Under the pieces are notes generated by a model. That model made no database searches, had not been told where the DNA came from, and worked only from the letters and a program-made list of their open reading frames with translations. Positions 1 through 13,402 of a stretch of DNA of 64,000 nt are shown one piece after another. A program made the translations under genes and the position numbers. Every line of letters begins with the position of its first letter. The stretch's first letter is position 1. Source of the stretch: Azolla caroliniana (lineage: Eukaryota; Plantae; Polypodiophyta); NCBI GenBank assembly GCA_043228905.1, contig JBHGNT010000007.1:11346001-11410000 (forward strand), read 5' to 3'.

Positions 1-86
1 TCTTTCCTCCCTTTTCTCGGATATTGAAGCAAGAGAGTTAACCTTGGGAAGGCCGTGATTCATCTCATGTTTCTGCATATCATTTC
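1..86 (-). CDS. Next exon of the TFIIS-N gene, continuing beyond the window
   Basis: 83-nt intron 87-169 with acceptor atttgtAG; frame stays open (GNDMQKHEMNHGLPKVNSLASISEKREER). Confidence 0.65.
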
Positions 87-169
87 CTACAAATGATTCA
101 AAACTCTACGTTTAGCTACCAATTTTTTATGTTAGTATTATGAGCTTATGATGCAAATCTAGTATCAAC

Positions 170-286
170 CTGATAGATCACTGTTTGCTTCTTTACTTGA
201 ATTATTACACAGGTAAGGTTGCTTTTCTTGAGATGATGAAACAATATCTGCTTCTGGACATCTTCGAATGTCTTTTGCATCATTGC
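170..286 (-). CDS. Internal 117-bp exon of the TFIIS-N gene
   Basis: Acceptor ttttttaacttcAG and donor CAG|GTTGAT. Phase 1-1 and open in frame (GNDAKDIRRCPEADIVSSSQEK...SDLS). Confidence 0.7.
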
Positions 287-542
287 CTGAAGTTAAAAAA
301 ACATATTTATGTTAGCAAACCATTAGATTCAAGCAATGTCACAAGAACTCATTAGATATTTTCAGAATCACCAGTTCCATATATATAGATAGATAGATAT
401 ATAGAGAGAGAGATATATATCTAACATCCACATCTCACATATAGTCTCAATTTGCATATATTCAAGACAATCCACATTTCACATATCCATGTTTCCCATG
501 TAATCATAAATAAATTTAATAAATGAAAACAAAGCTGCTCAC

Positions 543-2289
543 CTTTTACCTTTCCACCATCACCCATAGTTATAGAGGTAGACTTTGAGCAGCTCGAAAT
601 AGGGGTAACCTTTACAGAATCAGGTTTTTGAGAGTTCAGAAATACATTGTCATCTCTATCAGCAGTATCTATGCTCCTTCTAGAAGGAGAATCGTGTGCC
701 ACATTCTCTAATTTTTCATGGCTTTTTCGAGTCAAACTTTCTTTTGTATTTATACATAGTGGAGAACTAATCCCAACATCTATGGATGGGTTTTTCTCTT
801 TAAGACCACTCACTTTCAAGTCTGTAACATTTCTTGAAGAAGCTTCATGGCTTGCAACTCCGTGAGAATCATTACTAGAAGGAATAACTCTAGAACCACT
901 GCTCCGTAGTTTCTTTCTATACTCATTTGCCTTTTCCTTGACATTAATTGCTTTTGGAGAACTACTCATCCCATTTGGATCATTCGTGTTAATGTCACTT
1001 TCTCCAGTTTTGGTATCTTTTCCTTCCTTTTTATCGTTTGAAATATCATTCTTACTATCTACATTGGTTTCATCTTTTATGTTATTATCCTCAGTTTCTC
1101 CTTCATTTGGACTCCGAATCGAAACAGATGTAGTTGAGGTCGAGCATAGAGGAGCATTGTTGTTGTTGTTGTTATTCCCATCTTTCTCTGAAGATGTGGT
1201 TGATTTCTCAGTAAGCTTCATGGCTTTCAAGCTCTGGGATGGAAAGCTGTTAACTGTAGTTGATGAAAAAGCTTCAGCAACTTGAGTAGAATTGCCTTCT
1301 TCTGGACATGTTACAAGACTACTGGATTCATCGATTTGCATTGTTACCTCGGTGATTTCACAAGCTTTAGCAATATTGATATCAACTGAGGAAGACATTG
1401 AATCACCTTTATGACCCTTATCCAGTGTCTCAACATCAATGGTAGCCTCACTAATTTTAACAGGGGTAGCATAAGCCAAGGAAGCTATTGAAACTCCTTT
1501 ATGAGCATTATCAACTATTGAATCCCCTTTATGACAATTATCGACCATTGAATCTCCTTTATGTCCATTATCAACCATGGAATCACTTTTAAGGCCATTA
1601 TCCAATGTCCCACTTGATGTGTTACTTTGTTTCATTTCCAGATCAACCCTTTTCTTCCACGTATCTACCAGCTTTCTGGCTTTTTTCTGGATTTCGACAT
1701 TCTTGTGACTACGCAAATGGTTAACAGACTTCCCTACACTGCAACCTTTTAAAGTTTCAAGATTGATTGGAAGCTTTTCAAGTGCTTGTAGGATAGCCAC
1801 CATTGCTTCAACAATAGCTTTATCTCCATCTCTCGGAACTCCAGACTTTCCAATCTTATGCCCATCTTGAAGCCATTCATCCAAAATGGCCACACCACCC
1901 GATTGAACAAAATGTTGAAGACAATCCTCTCTCAAGGTTGCAACAAGAATGCCACACAATATGCTTCTTTTCGTAAATAGCTCTGCTTTATGCATCACAT
2001 GTATGAGCTCATCCACACATAAGGTATTTTGCAAGCCACCGTCTTTGTCAACTATAGAGATGATATCAACATCTCTAACTATGCATTCACGCTTCTGCGG
2101 TGGGCTTTCATTGGCATTCTCACTCTTATTGTGGTTGGTTATATCAATATCTTCTCTTTCTCTCCTTTTACATTTTCCACCAGATGAAGTTTGGGCAAAA
2201 CTAGAAGAGTCTGGAAGAAGGGTGATCGATGATTCTTGGGGTGTACATGATTCAGTCATAGACCGCTTCTCTGAGGGCCCCTCCTGCAT
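543..2289 (-). CDS. Large first coding exon of a TFIIS N-terminal (Med26/IWS1-like) domain protein, resembling the TFIIS region of plant SUO-like proteins
   Basis: ORF contains FVQSGGVAILDEWLQ...LQALEKLPINLETLKGCSVGKSVNHLRSHKNVEIQKKARKLVDTWKKRV, followed by an S/T/N-rich disordered region. In-frame TAA lies just upstream of the ATG at 2289. Donor AAG|GTGAGC at 543/542; the ORF tail 421-542 is intron read-through. Confidence 0.85.
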
Positions 2290-4556
2290 CTCCAGTTATA
2301 CCTTCTTATACCTCCATCACAGCATAAACTGTGTTAATGCACAAACATGTAGGTTTTCTACTCTCAAACAAGAGGAATATAAATCAGATAACTAGAATAT
2401 ATGGTAGTAAACCTATATGATATATTAAGTTTCGATGTAACTAGCATATATACTGAAACCTTACATGATAACTATGGCTAACATATAAAATGGAGCCTTA
2501 CGCAATAATATTCACAAAAAAGGAGAAAATAAATAGTAAGTAGCATATAAGATGAAAGCTTGCATGATTTTATTACACTTACACAGTTGGTTTCTTATAT
2601 ACTAGTCCCCTGTAACATAAAACTACATACTGGTGCTCTCACATAAGTTTTGTGATCTATACAAAAAAATGTTTGAAGGGACAAACTCTCGCTTCTTTAT
2701 GTGTTATTTATACTTCAACAATTTTACCACATATCTTTCAAAGATATGACAATAATTCTTCCACAAACATGTAAATTTCATATTTACAAACCAGTGGATA
2801 CATTGAAAGAAAGATTTTATTTTTCACTACATATCTATGTCAAGGCAAGGTTCATTGTCTACGCTTACAAATGTTCAAATTTATGTACATGCACAAGTAT
2901 ATCGATTTTACATTCACAAAACAATGGATATATGTATAAGATCAGTAGCGTATAAGAAAGCGAGATTTTGCTTAGAAAGAGATCAACAAATAGCTTTTCA
3001 ATATTTCAAGATTTATGCTACTGCACAATCATACAGCTTTTATAATTAGAAACCAGTGATAATTGGCATACATGAAAGCAAGACCAATTTATAAATCAAT
3101 TGATTTATGCCAGATAACTAACATATAAGAAACAAAGACTAAGTTTATATCAAAGATTTTCTATCATATAGCTGTTTTTCAATGATCCCAAAATATATAA
3201 TCTAGAGCAAAAGCATATGGTTTCTATATTCATGACTTACAAGATACAATTAACAGAAACTAAAGCAAGAGTTTACTTCTAAGATTTTTGATATTTGTGT
3301 TGCGCAGCCTAGAAAATTTCAGTGGTTGTGAGCGAACCTCAAAGAAATGCCCAAGGTGACAAAAAGACTAAATGTGTATAAACTTAATTATCTGAGTGAA
3401 AAGTTTCAGGTGAAACCTATTTTACCTTGTTTAGGCTTCAAATGTGAAAGCTTGATGTAGCAGCCGAGAGCTTGAAATGGAAAAGCCCTAGAATTTTTCC
3501 AAAGATTGCATAAAAACTCAATTCAAAGAAATTTTAGTTTGCAAAATGATGAAATATTCATTATCAAGCCATAGGTTAAATTTAGACGCGGTCGAGAGTT
3601 CAATCACCGTGATTGAATGTCATGTTAAAGACCTTACTTTGGGCTTCAAATAGTAGTTCGTATTCCAACCAAGTCAATATCATTATACATAATACACATA
3701 TGTAAGTATTTATATATATGTGCATACACAAACTCTCCTAAACCAGATGCTGAGGCTTGCATGTTTTAATAAGATTACAAGTTTAATCAGTATTCGATCC
3801 GTGGTAACATACAAATCTATTGAATTCTTCTTATTTCAGAGTCAACGAATTCACTTATTCCATTATCAGCCTTTAAGATACAATCCATAGGTCGTCATTC
3901 TTATGATAAAATCATTTTTAAGTAATTTTATGGCATACATATGTGGGCGGGTGAGCGTGAATGCGTGTGTGTATGTGTTTGTAAGCATAAGCTAAGATAC
4001 GTGTGACCATATGTATACGATAGTTGGCATGTATACAGTTACTCCAAAAGATTTTACCATAAGAGTGGTGTATAGATCTTAGGTTAAAGGCTAAAAACGA
4101 TTCCAGAAGAAGTGAATTCATCAACTCTGAGCAGAGTAAAACCGAATTGATCATATGGATACCACAGATCTAATATTGAATAGACTGTAAACACTTAAAC
4201 TTAACACGCCTTGATTCAATTACGGAGAATGAAAAGGTCGAAAAAAAATGTTCTTTCAAATTTTAAAAGAGATGCAGATCAATCACCTTCCTAAACATCA
4301 TAAAGTTCGGACAGTGTAAGATATACAATACATGTCTGTTTCCCTCCTCTGTTTCATCAGAAAAAGGTCTCTCGTTCTGCCTTATCTCTCTAAGAAGACT
4401 AGAAAAGATCAATGGACATTTACACCATATCGAATCACAGTATATGAGATCTTCTAAGGAGGGGTTCCAAATCGGGTCTGCTATTTCGATGAATTGCACT
4501 AATCTCTCTCTCTCTCTCGCTCTCAATCTGTCAGTCTTGCAGAGATGAGGACTTAC

Positions 4557-4660
4557 CTTATAAACGTTGATATACTCCACAGAGAGAAGAAGAAGAAGAA
4601 GAAGCGTGGAGGGAAAGCGATGTGGAAGAGCAGAGCTATACTCCACACAGAGAGACAGAG
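4557..4660 (-). other. Probable non-coding first exon (5' UTR) of the TFIIS-N gene
   Basis: CT-rich leader on the minus strand ending in strong donor AAG|GTAAGT at 4557/4556. Candidate acceptor acacAG at 2329-2330. Simple repeats upstream. Confidence 0.5.
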
Positions 4661-7399
4661 AGAGGGGGGGGGGGGGGGGAGGCAGAATGAATTAATTTAG
4701 TGATCTACTTTCTCTTTCTTTCTCTGAGAGAGAAGAAAAAGACCCTATATGTACATATGTACATATAACATAAATTTTGCACACGTGTGTGTGTGTGTGT
4801 GTGTGTGGCTAATGAAAGCCAGAGGAGTTCCGAGTCCCCCCTCCCTTTCTTTTCCTTTCTTTCATCTGTTCTTTTCCTTTTTGTGTCTTGTATTTTGTCC
4901 ATACATTATACATACACACTACTCCTCTCTACTCTTCTACTCTATACATACTCTCTTCTCTTCTTTTCGATCAAACCTCCTCCTCCTCCTCTTCTTTAAC
5001 TTGCTTGCTTGTCATTCATTGTCTCCGAAAGGGGAGGGACAAGCATGGAGGAGACCCCAATTTCTGTTTGTTGAATGGAAAGATATACATACATATTGTG
5101 GAGGGCCCCCCATCTCCCTCCACATGAATGAATCCCTGACTCACTCACATGATACATCTCGACCAGATATTATAGCACACGTTGCCATCACATTTTGTTG
5201 TCATTGATCTTGTATATTATGCCCCCATGTGTCATTTCATCAACGATAAAAAGTAATTTGGTAGGTAATCAACTAAGTCAACTTGATGTGACATCTATGT
5301 CAACCTGCTGATGAGTAATAGTCAAATTTTTTTAATGGCAATACTAATACATAACTAGGAATGACATGCAATTACACCATAGTGAACAATCAAGCCCCAG
5401 GTTTTGTACATGTCCATCCAAAGCAATGTGGATCCTCTTTCCCAACACAAAAGATTTTCCTTTGCTCAATTAGATGAAGTTTGATTCATTCTTAAAATAA
5501 TTAGAAGTTCTCATAAAATACCATGACTCTAATATAAATTCTCTCTATACACATATGTATGTTTGTGTGTGTGCATATGCAATATCATTTGTTTCCATTA
5601 AACATATTTCTATCAACAAATTTTAAAATTCAACGTCATTTTTGTGTATGCAATCAAGCATTTACCTCTCAATATAATCGCTACAAAAATATATAGATCC
5701 ATATAATTTGTCACTCTCATGTACAACAAATGCTTGTTGTCATCCTCGTCAAAATGGGTGTCTACACATAGTTTGCAAGCTCATCATCAAAATGATTTCA
5801 CCCTTTTGCTACTTTAAGATATCGCATGGAATGGAGGTGTTGCTTAATTGAGGTTCACAATGTTTTACTAAACCCCAAGATCCACATGCATCAAAATGAT
5901 GGTCTTGAACAATGAGTTACATATCTTTCAATTGTTGAACTCTTGCAACTTTCTTTAACATCCCAATGTAGGAATCGTGAGGATTTGGCTACCTCGATTA
6001 GTAAAGTAACACTACATTGATTGCACACTAATGGTTACTATGTGGTTTCTTTGTACACGACATTGGAACACTTCAAATATGTATTTATCGAGTTCTACCA
6101 CCATGTTGATAGTGTTAGCCAAAGGATCCAGACCTTCGTTTACGCTATTAGTACAGAACCGGGTTAGAGTGGTTGTCAATCACTCTCAAGCCTCTAGTCT
6201 CGCAACCCTAATCTCAATAGTTCTCACACTCATTCTCTCTCGTATTAACTCTCAACATTAGTGATAATCATAGTTAAGCGCATATGTAAACAAGGCAAGT
6301 ATAAAAGAAAGATGATCACCACTACTATTATAAAGAGAGTATACAACACATATACGAGAGGTAGAGTGCTTAGGCTTTGGTTGATTAGCTTTTTGGCTTC
6401 GTGGAAATTCCATGAAGGACCCTTTTGTGGAGTTTTTCCACAAAAGGGAAAAACGACAAATCCTCCTATCTCTATTGCACATAGATGAGCAACACAAAGA
6501 AAGAGGAAAAAGAAGAGCATAGGAGAGGAGCAACAATAGTTGTTGTTACTACAAGTCGCTTGCCAGCAACCATTGATACGAACTTGTAGCGATATGATGT
6601 GTTGACATGACCTGAGACCTCTTCATCACCTGTGACCGTCCTCCCATTTTCAGACTCTTTTGCACTTGCAAAGGACCTACCCAAGAGTTAAGAAGAACTT
6701 CCTTTCTTTCCCCAAATATCCTTGAGGCTCGCACACCAATAGACATTCTCAAACACATCTACTTAAAAATACATAAGCATACAACAAATACATACACTCA
6801 TACACTTCACATGCTCATACCTCATATATACAAACATATTATTCATATAAAAGTCTATATACACACACACACACATGGAAACTTAACCTCACATATTTAT
6901 AAAGATTCATAAATATATACGTACACTTTTACACAAACAGAATATATGCATACATATAAACAAATCATACACACCTATAATGTATATGTGTACTTACTGA
7001 CATACACACGCATTTATATGTACATCCATATACTCACATTCAAGTACATATTCACTCTAGAATTACACATACAAGTCTTGCACATTATTATACACATAAT
7101 CAAAATATACTTAACCATATTTTCACGTATATAGACAAACACTTGCACACTTTTTCTTGTGTATGGAATTATATATACACCAACCCTGAAACATCAATTC
7201 AACCGTTAAACCCATCTTCCCTTGTTCAGGTCCCTGATGGTTCCCCTCATGTTTTTACACACACGCATGTAACTTCGCGATATCATATATGTAACCTTTG
7301 AATTCGGAAAATAAGTATCTCTCTCTTTTGTCTATATTCATTCAATCTATCAAGAAAACTATTTCCTTCATTTGCAAGTCTATCATCTTTCCGTGTTAC

Positions 7400-7402
<3 letters not shown>

Positions 7403-7438
<36 letters not shown>
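7403..7438. repeat. (TG)n microsatellite
   Basis: Direct reading. Confidence 0.9.
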
Positions 7439-7439
<1 letters not shown>

Positions 7440-8281
7440 ATGCACACACATATTCCTATGCTAGAATTCATGCCTGGGAAAACATTGGATCTATAAAGAC
7501 ATTCATGTAGACATTTTATATTTTCCAAAATATATCTAGCATGTATGGAAATTTTGTACACTTTGAGAAAGAAATATAGTAATGTAAAGCAAATTTGATA
7601 GAAGTACTAAGAAACAAAGACTACGTCGCCATCCAAGACTCTACAAGAGATATATGGAAACTAGTTTAGAGCAAATGGCAGATCTAAGCAAGCTATGAAA
7701 CAACAAGAAGTAAAGTTCTCCAAGGAGAACAATGCTCAAAGAATGAGTAAAATGAAATATGCCATACATTGTCATGAAACAATTGCTTCACGATATAAAA
7801 ATAAGTTCAAACATTATATTAAGTGAGATTTGTATGGCTTGACCCTATAACCTTGCATATAAAGCACAAGTATGGTGACATTAAGGTAAAGTTTTCTATA
7901 AGATAGGTTTATATTCTCATGTTAACTGTATATTCTGCACATGGTCACTTAGATGAGCAACATGGCTATCATGCATCACACATAGCACGTGTGTGCCGAG
8001 TGGTGATCACACATCACATGCATCTCATGAACTTTCACATATACCACATGCATGCAAACACCTATATAACGAGAATAAAGGGAAACATGTAGGGATCAAT
8101 GATCAATTAAGAAGAATTACATTTATTTAAGCTACCTCATTCAAAAAGTCTCTCGTCTCTCAAGATAGAAGTCAAGGGTTTGAATCAACGTGTTGCAAAA
8201 TATAAGGTGTCATCCTCATGATTGAACATTGTAACTTTGGTAAAATCTTGTTTTCTCAATTTAATAAAGCACATTTCATCA

Positions 8282-8400
8282 AATACTCTTTGCTTCTTGC
8301 ATCATACACTATTTTCATGACTTGCTTGTGTCGTCTCTCTCTCCCTATTCCATTTCGAACTCTCCTTGTTCATAGTCTCGACAATTCAACGTACTGATCA
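8282..8400 (+). repeat. Dispersed LTR-like fragment, related to 9650-9780 (-) and 33086-33528 (-)
   Basis: Shared motif actctttgcttcttg(c/a)atcatacac(t)at...gaactctcct in all three copies. Confidence 0.55.
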
Positions 8401-11282
8401 TGAACTCTATATGCATGCGTGTATATGTAGGAATCTTGGTGAATGTATTTGTACGTGTATGTATAAGTATTATATGTATGTAAATGTTTATGTTTTATTA
8501 TTATTATTATTTATGTGTATGCACTTTATATTTGCCATGTAATAATGTGTATATCAGTGTATTTATATATGGGGTCTGGAAACAGAAGTATAAGTCATAA
8601 TATTTTGTTTGAATGGTAAGATTATGGTATACATATGTTGTTTAATAGGTCTCCAAGCAGAAGTATAAGCTATAATATTTTGTGAAGTGTAGGATTATGG
8701 TATGTATATGTAGTTTAATAAGATGCAAAGAGATCAAGGAAGATGAGAGAATGGTTAGGGGAAGATCCCCGAGTTTTGGTATAGGCCACTTACAATCGAT
8801 GACTATGTTGTTTTTTGTCGTCATAGGTATCCTACATACCATCTTGATTCACTATCTAATGATAGTTCCACTTGTTAACAAACCCTAGGTTTGTTCCTCC
8901 AAAAATCTGATCCCTAACAATTAATTATCCGTCTTCTTTATAGATGTTAAGAGCCCATCTATCAAAATAGTAAGTTTCTCTTTGTAGGACTTAACCTCAA
9001 GACTTGCCTCACAAAATTTATAGATCTCTTTTCATTTTGAATGCATATCTTTCTTTTTCTAACGCTTGATCTTAAGACTTTGACTCACACAAAATGTATA
9101 AATCCGGTTTTTTCTTTTAAAGATTACCTTTCTCCTTTTGTTATCCTCGAGGAGATTTGAACCTTATACCTTATCATTTCAAGATTTAACTCTTACAACT
9201 CTATATCTTCTTGTTGGTTTGATCCAGAAACCTCAATATTCATCTCACCATTCTTACTTCTTTGAGCACAACCGTAACCTATTATAAAACCAATTTGAGA
9301 CACTTTCCTCGTTTGTACATGCCATACATGAAAACGGAAGTAAGAGAGCTTTGTTTCTAGAACTTGTTAAAATATTTGTAAATGTGATACAAATGATAAA
9401 ATCAAGGAAGGATGCAAACCAAATTTTGATATGGGTTGTTTATTGATAAACCAAACTCAAATGTTTGGAGGTGCATTGACATGGACATTAAAATTGTGTA
9501 TTTGGTCACAGGTGAATAAGTGAACAATGAACAACATCAAGCAAGCAGGTAAAAGGCCATGGGATTTATTTGCAAGTACCCGGGGCAACAAGAAGAAGGA
9601 GGAGAGTAGGTGCAATGTTGGCCCGACAGAGCATGAATTGTGATGGCGTTGTCATAAGGTTCCTGTCAATGCGTCGAACCTCCAAGGTTTTGTACGAGAA
9701 GAGTTCATAACAAAAAAAAAGAGGGACGAGCATAAACAAGAGATGGAGATAGTGTATGATTCAAGAAGCAAAGAGTATATATGATAAAAGCAAGCTTTTT
9801 TATATTGAGAATACAAAATTTTATCAAAGTTACAAGGATCGATTGTTACATGGAAGAGGTGATTGTGGCACGTACGAAGAGTCTTTTCATAAAAGAAGCT
9901 TTTGGTGGTAATCTCCGAGATGCTTGTTGCAGATAGTAAAGCAAATGCTTTACCTTAGATAATAATGAGTAATAATGATTGGCGGTGGTTGAGCACATTT
10001 TCATAAGGAGAGGAGAGTGTGCATTCATGTCTGCTTTTGTAGGTTTAAGCTATTGGGGATACTCGATGGCAAAGAGCTGGTTGATGTGGCCTTGAGGAAG
10101 CTGATTTTTCTGTTTTTTTTATTAGGATGAGTGGTTATGGTGTGGGAATTGAAGTAGATTTTCATGAGTACGTGAGAAATTTTTTTTTAAACACGTTTGT
10201 TGTGTTGTCCATACAGGATTTCACTGATAATCAACGACATGGAGAGATGGTTGATGTCGATTGAATGAAGCAGATTTTATTTTTCATTACGATGATCGAT
10301 GATGGCGGTGGGGATTGAAGCATGTTTCCATGAAGAGAGGACAAGTTATGATGGTGCGACGTTCGAAGCATATCATGAGGAGATGTGGAAATCGTTTACA
10401 CTTAATTTGTTGTTGTTTTTTACAGGCCCTTGGTGGTAATCGGTGAGATGTTTGATGCGGACTGAAGGAAGCAGTTTTTTGTTTTGAGATAAGGATGAGT
10501 GAGAAGCATATTTTCTTGAGGAGCCGTTGTTTGAGGCAGTTGATTTTCTATTTTTCATTACAATGAGTGATGGGGATGTGGGAATTGAAGCGTATTTTCA
10601 TGAGATGAGTGATGATGGTGTGGGAGCTGAAGCAGATTTTCATGAGTATGTGAGAAACTGTTTTTAAACTTAATGGTGAGATGGTCGGCAAGATGGTTGA
10701 TGTGGATTGAATGAAGCAAGTTTTATTTTTTATTTCTCATTACAATGATTGATGATGGTGGTGGGGATTGAAGCATGTTTCCATGAGGAGACGATGAGTG
10801 ATGATGGTGAGGCGACTGAAGCATATTATGAGGAGATGTGGAAATCGTTTAGATTCATTTTGTTCTTTTTTTTAGAGGCCCTTAGTGGTATTCAACGAGA
10901 TGTTTTGATGCAGACTCAATGAAACAATTTTTTGTTTTGAGATAAGGATGAGTGAGAAGTATATTTTTTTGAGGAGCCGTCGTTTGAGGCAGCTGATTTT
11001 CTATTTTTTCATTACGATGAGTGATGATGGTGTGGGAATTGAAGCATATTATCATGACATGAGTGATGATGGTGTGGGAGCTGAAGTAGATTTTCATGAG
11101 TATGTGAGAAACTGTTTTTAAACTCAATGGCGAGATGGTTGATGTGGATTGAATGAAGCAAGTTTATTTTTCATTACGATGATTAATGATGGTGTGGTGG
11201 TCGAAGCATATCATGAGGAGATGTGGAAATCGTTTAGACTCATTTTGTTGTTTCTTTATAGGCCATTGGTGGTAATTGACGA

Positions 11283-12043
11283 TAGCAACGGGCCTGGTTT
11301 CGGCTCAAACCAAACCGAACCGAAAAACTGTGGCTTAACAGTTTATAGGTTCAAAGATAAATAAACGGTTTGGTTTGGTTTTAAATGTTACTAATAAGTT
11401 TCGGTTCGGTTTTGAATTGACCGGTTTAGTGATTTATCGGCTTATCAGTTTTTGTTTATGTGGTTCGGTTTAAAGGTTTATAGGTTAAAAAATACTCATA
11501 AATATTCTCTATAGGCTCTAACTTTCAACTTTTAATTTTAAACTCTTGTTTTAACTTATTAAATTTTATATGTAGAGTCTCATTTTCATTTATGATGATC
11601 AATTATGATAAGTATGATGATCAAATTTATGATAAGTATAATGATCAAATTTATGATTAGTATGATGACCAATTTTATGATAAGTATGATGACAAATTTT
11701 ATGATAAGTATGATGACAAATTTTATGATAAGTATAATGACAAAATTTATGATGAGTATGATGAATAAATTTATGATGATTTTCTCACACAAATTTATAA
11801 TAAGTATGATGATTAATATCAATAAAAAATGGTTTGGTTTGGTTTGGTTTTAAATTTTTCGTGAACAATTTGGTTTCTCCTATTCTTTAAACGGTTTGGT
11901 TTAACGATTCGGCTCTAACCGATTCGGTCGGTTTAAATGGCTTCATAAATTTTAAAACAGTTTGGTTCGGTTTTTATTAATAAATGGTTTGGTTTAGTTT
12001 CAAGGCCAAGAAACCGAACTGAACCGAACCGAACCCATTGCTA
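11283..12043. mobile_element. hAT-like MITE inserted in the tandem array
   Basis: Ends TAGCAACGGG...CCCATTGCTA. Subterminal AACCG/CGGTT repeats at both ends. Degenerate 8-bp TSD (attgacga/atcagcga). The array unit resumes across it. Confidence 0.65.
11590..11820. repeat. 24-bp minisatellite inside the MITE
   Basis: Repeated atgataagtatgatgacaaatttt. Confidence 0.85.
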
Positions 12044-12860
12044 ATCAGCGAGATGTTTGATGCAGACTGAAGGAAGCTGTTTTTTGTTTGGAATAAGGAT
12101 GAGTGAGAAGCATTATTTCTCGAGGAGACATCGTTTGAGGCATCCGATTTTCTGTTTTTCATTACGATGAGTGATGATGGTGTGGGAATTGAAGCATATT
12201 ATCATGAGTAGGTTAGGAATTTTTTAAACTCATTTCTTGTGTTGTCTGTATAGGATGTTGTTGGTAATCATCGCGATGGCGACATGGTCAAGCGAGAGGG
12301 TTGATGTGGACTGAATGAAGCAAGTTTTACATTTTTCATTAGGATAACTAATGATGGCGGTGGGGATTGAAGCATATTTCCATGAGAAAAGGATGAGTGA
12401 TGAAGGTGCGGGGGTTGAAGCATATCATCAGGAGACGAGGAAACTACACTCATTTTGTTGTTGGTGATGAGGATTGAAGGAAGCAAATTTTTGTTTTGTG
12501 ATAAGGATGAGTGAAGATGTTGTGGGGTCAAAGCACATTTTCTTGAGGAGATGACAACACGTTATTATTTTGTTGTTAGAGGTAGCTGAGTTTGGTGGGA
12601 ATCATCAGCATGGCTACACCGTATTTATTCGGTGGCATCAATTCATCGACATCAACCATTGAAATTCATCGACAAAGTTTCGATCAGATTGCAAGGATGT
12701 CTAACGATGGTACTTTGGTGAACATTGGAGGCAGGGCTGAGGCGTGTTAGGGAGAAACTGCTACTCAAATGAGAGACGGAATGCCTAGAAATATATTTGC
12801 CACAGACTCCATTAACAAAGGTCATTGGTGGCAATTCCTTGATTAATATGGATGTTAAGG

Positions 12861-13180
12861 TGTCATGATATGGCAAGACTCGAACCCATGACCTTATATT
12901 ATATGGGTCGAGCTCTTGACCATTATACCATCTATTGTAATACGTAGAATATTATTTTCATTTAAGTCTTATTATAGAAAATTAATGTATATTCCAGATT
13001 TCTCTGGAATATTCTAGAAGCTTCAAGATTACTCCTGAGAACACTATAAAAGAAGGCACTAGGCATTATGTTGAACTAAATTGGTTCAACGCCAATCTTA
13101 AGCCTCATAGCCATCTTGTACTTACTCTTCCTATAATATATTGTCTGTTATCATCATCTCTCTCTCTCTCTCGTCCTCAA

Positions 13181-13226
<46 letters not shown>

Positions 13227-13334
13227 CCTCTTCTCTCTCTCTCGGGAGTCTTACGCAGTCCCGTCCTCTTAGTACTAATAGTACTTCCCTTCTCTAGTAC
13301 TAAATCTCTCTCTGTTTTAGTACTATTCCTGACA
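12861..13334 (+). repeat. 5' LTR of element H
   Basis: TG...CA ends, TATA box and CT-rich R/U5, immediately followed by a self-complementary primer site. Confidence 0.75.
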
Positions 13335-13402
13335 GTTTGAACCAATTTCCCCTCTCTAGTCTTTCTTTTGGTTTCCCTCATCCTCTTATCCTTTTTCTAT
13401 AC

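Larger units (their letters stand above)
10040..12560. repeat. Degenerate tandem array with ~450-500 bp units and internal subrepeats
   Basis: Recurrent blocks gatgagtgatgatggtgtgggaattgaagcatatt, gaggagatgtggaaatcgttta and gataaggatgagtgagaagcatatt. Confidence 0.8.

Noticed and set aside
421-542. C-terminal 40 aa of the 622-aa ORF
   Set aside because: Lies after a consensus donor site in AT-rich sequence; intron read-through.
2701-8900. Short ORFs in AT-rich DNA
   Set aside because: No recognisable domains; driven by microsatellites and composition.
8800-9350. Possible LINE ORF1 relic on the minus strand
   Set aside because: Too degraded to support without a search.
11586-11853. Ile/Met-rich ORFs
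   Set aside because: Translation artefacts of the 24-bp minisatellite.
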